Both the position numbers and the translations under genes were made by a program. Under the pieces are notes generated by a model. That model did no database searches. It had not been told where the DNA came from and saw only the letters and a list, made by a program, of their open reading frames with translations. DNA of 64,000 bases. Source: an uncultured Acidimicrobiales bacterium (lineage in GTDB: Bacteria; Actinomycetota; Acidimicrobiia; Acidimicrobiales; Aldehydirespiratoraceae). This document shows positions 55,531 to 62,992 of the stretch, piece after piece (position 1 is the stretch's first letter; each line of letters opens with the position of its first letter). Location: NCBI GenBank assembly GCA_958296055.1, contig CATQHS010000001.1, forward strand, positions 225,917 through 289,916. Direction: 5' to 3'.

Positions 55531-56448
55531 TTATATTACAGGCGTTTCAAAATCTCCAACCGTGTGCCAGTCCGTACCATCCAAGTTTACTGGACAACCA
55601 GCAGCTTGAAGACGTTGTGCCAATTCCTGACGTCGTTGGGAAGTATTGTCAAGTCTTACAGTATGACGACCCGCAATATCGCTAAAAGGTCTTAGGACAC
55701 CAAGTTCTACAAGTATAGTACGATCTTCTGATTGACCCATTGCCATTCCTGCTTCAAACAATACATTAGGGCGAGCTTGACCACTTAATTCTATCTCATA
55801 TGTCAGTTCATTTTTTGATCTAAGATTTTCTCGAAGACGAGCCTCATCATCCGGTGTGAAGAGAACCAAAATGGCATGCGCTTCACTAAAGGCTGCGGTT
55901 AAAATTTCCCAAATATGGGGGCTAACTTTACCAGTCAGTTTAATAGCTTCTATCCATTCTAGCGGTTGAAGATCTATAGCCCTTAGAAAGTTGAATAGTT
56001 CATCTCTAGCTGATATATTTCTACCGTGTATTACAAATATTTTTTGAGTATTTTTGGCTGGCATAGGCAACATATTATTAGAGTCATAACGATCAATTTC
56101 ATATCCGGGTGGACCCAAAATAAAATCATCAGTAACATCTTTACCTTCCTTAGCTATAATCCAATCTATAGACGGGCCTGGCAATACATTTGACCATCTG
56201 CTTTGCTTGATATTTTCAGCCAGCCCATAGTAATTCTTAGAAGACTCTTTGGTAGTACTTATCCACATTCTTTCAATATCATCTAGCTGAATCGTCTTTC
56301 CATTAACTACTATTGATTCTCCACGACGATAAGGGGTAAGAACGCGCTCATTTAATCTGCCCTCAGTTAGATCGAGTTTAACTTCACCGTAAGATCTACT
56401 AGATTTCAAGCTTATACAAATATGATAGTACTTCACAATTATCTCCAT
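55531..56448 (-). CDS. TIR-like domain protein (PF10137 / CAP12-PycTIR type) with uncharacterised ~135-aa N-terminal domain
   Basis: The C-terminal half matches the family pattern: IFVIHGRN, HAILVLFTPDDEA, QARPNVLFEAGMAMG (candidate catalytic Glu) and LRPFSDIAGRHTV. The gene is AT-rich. Its ATG lies 2 nt after the hsdS stop. Confidence 0.75.
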   Translation of the reverse strand: MEIIVKYYHICISLKSSRSYGEVKLDLTEGRLNERVLTPYRRGESIVVNGKTIQLDDIERMWISTTKESSKNYYGLAENIKQSRWSNVLPGPSIDWIIAKEGKDVTDDFILGPPGYEIDRYDSNNMLPMPAKNTQKIFVIHGRNISARDELFNFLRAIDLQPLEWIEAIKLTGKVSPHIWEILTAAFSEAHAILVLFTPDDEARLRENLRSKNELTYEIELSGQARPNVLFEAGMAMGQSEDRTILVELGVLRPFSDIAGRHTVRLDNTSQRRQELAQRLQAAGCPVNLDGTDWHTVGDFETPVI

Positions 56449-56450
56449 AA

Positions 56451-57704
56451 TCAGCGGATAATTCCGGGAAGTAGCTGGTTAAGTAAGGAAGTTTTGAGAG
56501 AAATTATTGCGTTCTGCTCCTGTTTCATCCATACCAATGACTCTAAGATTGTACCAATTACTGACGTAATAATCTGCTGTTCCGGCAGAGTTGGGAGAGG
56601 AATTGGTAGAGTTGAATACTCCGAAGCATTAATGTTTGGTTGAGCGCCGACTCGTTTCATTGATGCAATCCAACGGCGATAATAACTCGAATGCGTGTAT
56701 AATGATACGAATTCTGGAAGTGCAATTTCAGGGTTGGGACGAAACCGAATCAGATAACCTGCATATACACAATGACCATCTTCAGATTGATAAAGGTACG
56801 TTCTCCCTACACTACCACTTCTAGCAAATAATAGATCACCCATACGCAGCTTATGCTCTGAATCATTTGATATCTTTACAGATCTAATTCCCTCAGTACG
56901 TAACCGTCCATCACCAGTTATGTCAGTGATCCGAACATATCGTGGTAAGATTGGGTCGAACGGACATGCTCGTAATCCAACACCGTATTTAGGTGGATCA
57001 CATATTTCTCCCAAGCTGACAACTTGCCAGTCCGCTGGAATAGTTCCTATACTCTGATATGTTCGCCGTTCGGTGTGCCAACCGGGGACACCACAAGTGA
57101 ATAGTGCATGTAGCATAGCATTCCGTAAATTCTTGGTGGCAATTATAACTGCTTCAGAGTGTCGAATAGCTTCGTCAATTGAATCCAATACGATTGCAAT
57201 ACTTGCTTGTTCTGAGAGTGGCGGAAGTAGTACCATACTTCTCTTCAAATGTGCGCTAGTAATAGAAGGTACAGCACTTACATTAGCTAACTGGGCTAGA
57301 TCAATAGATTCAAACCAAGCGTGAAGGAACCTTGTATCACACTTTTGGGTATCTGATACTGTAACGCCTATCATGTTATTATCGATAATAGTGGGCACCG
57401 TTAATGCTCTCTTCTTGTTGGTAGCTATAGCAGCCCCTACCTTGGGAAATACAATTGTACCAGGCGCAAAGACAGTTGCTTTGAGTTCTTCCACATCTTT
57501 CTCATCAACATAGTTGTTTGCGTATTGAATGTAAGTTTCGTTACCTTGCAGAGTCATATCAGAAACCTTGATGAATGGATACTCGCCACTACGTCGCCCC
57601 TGTCTGTTCATCGGGAATCCAGTACCATTTCGTACTTTTGCTACGTCTCCGATGCGCATAATCTGCCAACCATCGGGCACGGTTTCTATAGTTGGTCCAA
57701 CCAT
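56451..57704 (-). CDS. hsdS: Type I R-M specificity subunit (full length, two target-recognition domains)
   Basis: 417 aa with two TRDs separated by conserved helices (PPLSEQASIAIVLDSIDEAI and LPEQQIITSVIGTILESL). Very AT-rich relative to its surroundings. Confidence 0.9.
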   Translation of the reverse strand: MVGPTIETVPDGWQIMRIGDVAKVRNGTGFPMNRQGRRSGEYPFIKVSDMTLQGNETYIQYANNYVDEKDVEELKATVFAPGTIVFPKVGAAIATNKKRALTVPTIIDNNMIGVTVSDTQKCDTRFLHAWFESIDLAQLANVSAVPSITSAHLKRSMVLLPPLSEQASIAIVLDSIDEAIRHSEAVIIATKNLRNAMLHALFTCGVPGWHTERRTYQSIGTIPADWQVVSLGEICDPPKYGVGLRACPFDPILPRYVRITDITGDGRLRTEGIRSVKISNDSEHKLRMGDLLFARSGSVGRTYLYQSEDGHCVYAGYLIRFRPNPEIALPEFVSLYTHSSYYRRWIASMKRVGAQPNINASEYSTLPIPLPTLPEQQIITSVIGTILESLVWMKQEQNAIISLKTSLLNQLLPGIIR

Positions 57705-57710
57705 CTGATC

Positions 57711-59252
57711 TCACTCCTGGTCTCTGGAGAAGCCCATATTGGTCAGAAGCGCGTCCATCTTCGATACTGCTTCGTCTCGACGGTGCTCCGCCTCCCGTAA
57801 CTGGGCTAGAGCATCCTCGACGCTTAGCACCTCCACTGGTTCGGTTGTGTCAACGTAGCGGCTGATGTTCAGATTGAAACCGTTGTCGGCTATCTCCTCC
57901 AAATCAACTACATGCGCGAACCGCTCTGCCTCTTCGAAGGTCTGATACGCCTCGACGATCTTGGCGATGTGTTCGCGGTCTAGGAAGTTCTGCGCCTTGT
58001 CCTGGCGGAAGCATCCATCCTGGGCAGCGTTCACGAACAGCACCTTGCCCCGGCGGTCCGCCGGCTTGGCCCGGTTCAGCACGCAGATGGTCACCGGGAT
58101 GCTGGAACCGAAGAACAGGTTAGGGGCTAGGCCGATGATCGCCTCAAACAGATCGGCTTCCAAGATACCTTCGCGGATCTTGCCCTCGGCACCGCCGCGG
58201 AACAAGATGCCGTGGGGCATCACCACGCCCACCATGCCCTTGGAATTCGTCACCGCCAGCATGTGCATCAGGAAGGCGAGGTCGCCCTTGGTGCGGGGGG
58301 GGATGGCGCCATAGCGGTCAAAGCGGTGGTGGGGATCGTTAGGGGCGAAGTCGTGGCCCCAGTTCTTCAGGCTGAACGGCGGATTGGCGATCACCCGGTC
58401 ATAGGAGAGAAGCCGGTCCGTGGCCGGGTCCACCAGGCGCGGTTCGGCAATCACATCGCCAGCCTCCAGGCGGGCGGCCCGCAGGTCGTGCAGCAACAGA
58501 TTGAGTTTGCCCGCGGCCAGCGTACCCAGGTTGCGCTCTTGGCCGTGCAGCGCCAGGTTGCGGCGGTCGCCGCCCTGCTCGTGTACATATTGCGCGGTGT
58601 AGATGAGCATCCCGCCGGACCCGGCCGTGGGATCGCAGATCCGCATCCCCTCACGGGGCTGCAACAGTTCGACGATGAGACGAACCACCGAGCGGGGCGT
58701 GTAGAACTCCCCGCCCTTCTTGCCAGCGTCGTCGGCGAACTGGTTGATCAAGTACTCGTAGGCATCGCCCAGCACGTTGCCGGCACCGTCCCCGCCGTCG
58801 CTCAGATTGTCATCGCGCAGGTTCAGGGCGCTGAAGTGGGTGAGCAGGCTGCGGATGATGCGCTCCCGGTTGGCCGGGCTGCCCAGCTTCGACTCATCGT
58901 TCCAGTTGGTGCCCGACAGCACACCGTCGAGCCTCGGAGCGTTGGCCGTCTCCACTTCGTGGCCAGCGATGTTGAGGGCGTCGCCGGGGTTCCTCGGGGC
59001 TCCGGCCAGCACGGACCAGCGACCCGACTCGGGGACGAAAAACTCGTGCTCGTCGGGGTCCGACAACGCCACCTCGCGGGGGACGCCGGAGGCCACCGCG
59101 CTCTCCACCTCCTCGTCGAACCGGTCCGAGAGCCGCTTCAGGAAAAGGATGGAGAAGATGTAGTTCTTGTAGTCGGCCGCGTCGATCTGGCCGCGCAGGA
59201 TGTCGGCGGCTTGCCAAAGCTTCGACTGGAGCTCCTGGCTGGTGAGCGGCAC
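57711..59252 (-). CDS. hsdM: Type I R-M DNA methyltransferase subunit M
   Basis: HsdM N-terminal domain (LWQAADILRGQIDAADYKNYIFSILFLKRLSD), motif I DPTAGSGGML and motif IV NPPF. Confidence 0.95.
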   Translation of the reverse strand: MPLTSQELQSKLWQAADILRGQIDAADYKNYIFSILFLKRLSDRFDEEVESAVASGVPREVALSDPDEHEFFVPESGRWSVLAGAPRNPGDALNIAGHEVETANAPRLDGVLSGTNWNDESKLGSPANRERIIRSLLTHFSALNLRDDNLSDGGDGAGNVLGDAYEYLINQFADDAGKKGGEFYTPRSVVRLIVELLQPREGMRICDPTAGSGGMLIYTAQYVHEQGGDRRNLALHGQERNLGTLAAGKLNLLLHDLRAARLEAGDVIAEPRLVDPATDRLLSYDRVIANPPFSLKNWGHDFAPNDPHHRFDRYGAIPPRTKGDLAFLMHMLAVTNSKGMVGVVMPHGILFRGGAEGKIREGILEADLFEAIIGLAPNLFFGSSIPVTICVLNRAKPADRRGKVLFVNAAQDGCFRQDKAQNFLDREHIAKIVEAYQTFEEAERFAHVVDLEEIADNGFNLNISRYVDTTEPVEVLSVEDALAQLREAEHRRDEAVSKMDALLTNMGFSRDQE

Positions 59253-59255
59253 GTT

Positions 59256-59870
59256 TCAACCTCGGGTTTCTTGCAGGGCCTTGTAGCCGATTTCGTGGAT
59301 GAGTGAGTCGCGAAGCACCTCACGCCGGAGCTGGGCGGCCTTGACCGCAGCCCCGTACGCCGCCTCCGATGCCTCCACCAACTCCGCCGCTAGATGCAGC
59401 TCGCGGGCGGAAGGCATCGGAACCTCAACCTCTCGGAGGCTATTAGCCGATAGCGACGTGATGGTGGAACTCACCGTCAGCCGCCGGGCCAACTGGGCCC
59501 GCCCGTGGGCCGAGGAGAGGAACCACCAGAGCCAGTGCCCCAGGCCCGAGTCCGGGCGCTTCGGCCGGACCACCAGCAGCGTCACCCCAGCCACCGTCCT
59601 GGACACGCCCGGCGGCACCAGCGCAACCTTGGTTGAGTCGGCCCGGGCCGTCACCAGCACATCGTGGGGCCGGAGCAGGTGGCGCTCGGTGCGGACGTTG
59701 CGGTCGACCTCGATTTCCCGGAGGCCGTCGAGATTGAGCCAGCCGCCGCCTTCCGGCAGGTTGCTGCTCTCCACCAGTCGCAGCGCCCACTCCCCCGCCC
59801 GAGCCCCGGCCCCGCGCCCCGCCCGACCCAGCCCCTGGTAGACATCCGCCACGTCAGCCACCTGGTTCAT
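59256..59870 (-). CDS. hsdS: Half-size Type I specificity subunit (single TRD plus conserved helix)
   Basis: 204 aa and GC-rich, with HsdS-like architecture (one TRD, then PMPSARELHLAAELVEASEAAYGAAVKAAQLRREVL). It ends 3 nt before the hsdM start. Confidence 0.7.
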   Translation of the reverse strand: MNQVADVADVYQGLGRAGRGAGARAGEWALRLVESSNLPEGGGWLNLDGLREIEVDRNVRTERHLLRPHDVLVTARADSTKVALVPPGVSRTVAGVTLLVVRPKRPDSGLGHWLWWFLSSAHGRAQLARRLTVSSTITSLSANSLREVEVPMPSARELHLAAELVEASEAAYGAAVKAAQLRREVLRDSLIHEIGYKALQETRG

Positions 59871-60028
59871 TACGATGACCTTACAGTGCGATCATAAAAA
59901 AATCAACACTTAGAAGTGCTAGTTAGTGCACGGTCCACCTTCAGGTCTATCAGGCGAGGTAAGCTGTGCCGTTGGCGATCTCAACTGTGGAGATCCAAAC
60001 GAATCATCATCAAAAAGGAGCATTTTCA

Positions 60029-61009
60029 ATGGCTGACCTGATTGTCCAGTTCGCCAAGGCAAAGTCAAACGTAGAAGCGTCGGAGGAAGACAAATCCAAT
60101 GCCGCGGAAGCTCATAAGGCTGTGCGCGCCTGCCTCGAACATGAAGAAACGTTGAGATCCTACGGTATTGACACGGTACTAATTGGCAGTTACAAACGCC
60201 ATGTGGCCATCCGTCAAGTCAAAGATGTAGATGTGTTGTCCAAGCTTCCCCAGTTACCAGCCGATGTAGAGCCAAGAACGCTTTTGGACTATTTCTTAAA
60301 AGTCCTGAAGAACGCCTATGGGTCTGATCGAGTAGAGGCTCAGAGTCGTTCGGTCAAGATTGAGTTCCCTGACTTTGACCTTGCAGTGGATGTAGTACCT
60401 GCTCGTCCTTGCCAAAGTTCTAACTACATTGAGATTCCTGATCGCGTTGAAGGCTGGCAGGAGACTAACCCAGAACGGCTTACAGAGCTAACAACAGCGA
60501 TGAACAACTCTTACGACGACGAGTACGTACCATTAGTCAAGCTGATTCGTCAGACGCGTCGACACAATCTCAACAAGCGTCCAGGTGGTTTTTACTTTGA
60601 AATCCTCACGTATCATGCAGCAGCCAATGGTCTAGACCGTAGAAGCACTGGTGCGCTTTTTACTTCCGCCTTACGCGACATCGCAGAACAGCTCAGATTA
60701 GCTGCCGCGGGCCATGAAGTGCAAGATCCGACGATGCCAGGTGCTAGTATTTCAATTCGAGTCACCGATGTTCAAATGCAAACAGCCGTAACAAAGTTTA
60801 CTGACCTCGCATCCAAGGCTGAAGCGGCCCTTGAGGCTGATATTTGTCCGGCAGCAAAAGCATTTCAAAAGATCTTCGGCCGCAACGACGATAACGAATT
60901 GGTCTTTGAAATGCCAGCAGCATGCAATGAGGACGGAACCTCTAAGTCTCTGATCGCCATCTCACCTGGAGATCGCACCATCCCAGCAGGCAATCGCCGT
61001 TTCGCATGA
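60029..61009 (+). CDS. CBASS cGAS/DncV-like nucleotidyltransferase (CD-NTase, SMODS domain)
   Basis: Pol-beta NTase motifs GSYKRHVAI...VKDVDVL and the third acidic residue in FDLAVDVVPA. RBS AAAAGGAG lies upstream of ATG 60029. There is a 4-nt overlap with cap2. The C-terminus ends ...RRFA. Confidence 0.8.
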   Translation: MADLIVQFAKAKSNVEASEEDKSNAAEAHKAVRACLEHEETLRSYGIDTVLIGSYKRHVAIRQVKDVDVLSKLPQLPADVEPRTLLDYFLKVLKNAYGSDRVEAQSRSVKIEFPDFDLAVDVVPARPCQSSNYIEIPDRVEGWQETNPERLTELTTAMNNSYDDEYVPLVKLIRQTRRHNLNKRPGGFYFEILTYHAAANGLDRRSTGALFTSALRDIAEQLRLAAAGHEVQDPTMPGASISIRVTDVQMQTAVTKFTDLASKAEAALEADICPAAKAFQKIFGRNDDNELVFEMPAACNEDGTSKSLIAISPGDRTIPAGNRRFA

Positions 61010-62490
61010 TGAGTATCCTGAGCGACAGTGTAGCAGCGGAGCGTGAGGCTTTCATTGAAGGACTCTGCACTCGTGGGTTCAAATTACTTAATGACTGTCG
61101 AACTCTCCTGGGTGCTATCAACATTAACGGGCAACCCATAGAGCATGAAATCGCCCTTACCGCAGAGTTTCCCATTACAAAGCCTCGGGTATCAGTCCCA
61201 AATGGGGAGGGTAGCCTATCTTGGCACAGGGAGTCTGATGGAACTTTATGTTTATGGTCTGATGACGAGGCATCTGATCTTCCATGGAGCGACGCTGCTG
61301 CCATGATTGATCGTATCTCTCAATGGCACGCCAAGGATGCCGCAGGCTGGTCGAATGATCCTCCCGATCTCGACTTGGAAAGGTATTGGACATCCGGCTG
61401 TAATCCTATATTAGTAGTTCACCCAGATCTCGAACCTCTCACTGGCAAAAAGTGCAGAGCCAGAAAATATCTAAAGAAGTCATTCGAGGTGTGGGATGTT
61501 GGGCCAGGAAAAGTCTACAAGAACCGTAAACGTTGGGCAGGAGTATCCGTAGTCAACGCGGGAGAGTTGAAGCAGCCCGTCCGTAATTTTGATGAACTCG
61601 CGGATCGGCTCGGAGCCGAAGAGTCTGAGGAGCTAAGTGCTGCAATTGAAAACGGCGATGTCAGTGTAGTGGTGGTACGCTATCGCAGACAAGAACACGA
61701 AGCAGCCGTGAGCCTTATCGCAGAAGATCAAAATCCTAATCGCCTCACGGCTGTTAGAACTGCTCACACGGGCGAGTCAACCTTACGCCTACGAGCCGGA
61801 CTAGACGCCAACGTGCTTGCAAATAAGAGGATCGCACTAGTCGGGCTCGGGGCGGTCGGATCTCTGTTGGCAGAGATGCTCGTCCGTTCAGGTGTGGGCG
61901 CGATGACACTCATAGACGGCGATATTATTAGACCTGGTAATTGTATTAGGCATGTAGCCACTTTAAACGATGTTGGTATCAATAAAGCTGAAGTCGTCAA
62001 AGATAAGATCATAACCGCGGGACTGATTTCCAAGGAGGACGCTAATGGCAAGCTCACGGTACAGCCCCAGATGTTACAAGACGCAGTAACCACTGAAAAG
62101 ATCTTCAACGAACATGACCTTATTATTGACGCCACTGGTGACAATCCAGTAACGGCGTTGGTATGTACCGCTAGCCGGATTTTAAACAGGCCCTTGATCA
62201 CGGTCTGCTTACAACGAGGGGGAACAGTCGCACGCGTTGACCGCTTTCCGCTGCTCCACGGCGAAACCCACAAAGACGCACTACCTCCGGCTGAATCCCA
62301 TATCGAGCTTCGTGAGGGGGGGTGCGGAGACCCTATATCCCCTGCACCGCCATGGGCCTGTGCGGCTGCCGCAGCCCGAGCCGCGGGAATGGCAGCCGAT
62401 CTGCTCGTTGGACGTGATCTGTACCCTCCAACCGTCATCGACGAGTTGATCAAGTTGCCAGATAGCTTGCCAACGGCAAGCAGTCTGTGA
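61006..62490 (+). CDS. cap2: CBASS Cap2 (fused E2-like and E1/ThiF-like ubiquitin-transferase-like enzyme)
   Basis: N-terminal E2-like Cys context (HRESDGTLCLW). The ThiF Rossmann motif is LVGLGAVGSLLAEMLVRSGVGAMTLIDGD. The C-terminal Cys region is GGCGDPISP. Confidence 0.8.
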   Translation: MMSILSDSVAAEREAFIEGLCTRGFKLLNDCRTLLGAININGQPIEHEIALTAEFPITKPRVSVPNGEGSLSWHRESDGTLCLWSDDEASDLPWSDAAAMIDRISQWHAKDAAGWSNDPPDLDLERYWTSGCNPILVVHPDLEPLTGKKCRARKYLKKSFEVWDVGPGKVYKNRKRWAGVSVVNAGELKQPVRNFDELADRLGAEESEELSAAIENGDVSVVVVRYRRQEHEAAVSLIAEDQNPNRLTAVRTAHTGESTLRLRAGLDANVLANKRIALVGLGAVGSLLAEMLVRSGVGAMTLIDGDIIRPGNCIRHVATLNDVGINKAEVVKDKIITAGLISKEDANGKLTVQPQMLQDAVTTEKIFNEHDLIIDATGDNPVTALVCTASRILNRPLITVCLQRGGTVARVDRFPLLHGETHKDALPPAESHIELREGGCGDPISPAPPWACAAAAARAAGMAADLLVGRDLYPPTVIDELIKLPDSLPTASSL

Positions 62491-62978
62491 TGAAGTACCA
62501 AACCCGTCAAATCGTCGTGGAGCCCTCTAGCTGGTTGGAAGCTACAACAACAGCTTCACAAACTAAGTTAGAAATTGGTGGCATCTTGGCGGGCTGGCGT
62601 CATGACACAGGTATTTATATATCGAAATTTGTCGAAGTGCCAGACATGCGCGCGACTCGGGCCACCTACCTGCGACGACATGCATTCGCCTCTGAACGCT
62701 TAAAGAGTCTAGTCGAAACTCTGCCGGAAGGTTCACCAGTCGGTTATGTCGGTGAGTGGCACACCCATCCAGAGAATCAAGGTCCTAGCCGAACCGACCG
62801 TAACCAACTAAAGCGTATTTCAAAGAAAGTTAAAGGGGATATAGCTCTCATCGTACTCGTTTATGATCAGAATACTGGCCAATGGATGCCCGCAGGGATG
62901 TGTGCTAACTCTGGCGTAGTGCATACAGCCGTCATCAGGATCGATAACTCATTGGCAATGCAGATAAAATCAGTATAA
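62487..62978 (+). CDS. cap3: CBASS Cap3 (JAB/JAMM isopeptidase)
   Basis: JAMM motif EIGG...GEWHTHPENQGPSRTD (HxH-x7-S-xx-D), overlapping the cap2 stop. Confidence 0.8.
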   Translation: MMKYQTRQIVVEPSSWLEATTTASQTKLEIGGILAGWRHDTGIYISKFVEVPDMRATRATYLRRHAFASERLKSLVETLPEGSPVGYVGEWHTHPENQGPSRTDRNQLKRISKKVKGDIALIVLVYDQNTGQWMPAGMCANSGVVHTAVIRIDNSLAMQIKSV

Positions 62979-62992
62979 TCTATGTAATCCAT

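Noticed and set aside
55531-56448. Interpreting the TIR-like protein simply as the effector of the adjacent CBASS.
   Set aside because: Not adopted as the primary call. The gene is on the opposite strand, separated from the CBASS by three R-M genes, and tightly coupled to hsdS. It has different base composition, and the CBASS already encodes its own effector. I keep it as an alternative hypothesis in the finding.
60942-62510. Minus-strand ORFs 60942..61304 (120 aa) and 61764..62510 (248 aa) inside the CBASS operon.
   Set aside because: They are antisense to the motif-supported cap2 gene, with Ser/Pro/Ala-rich, motif-free translations.
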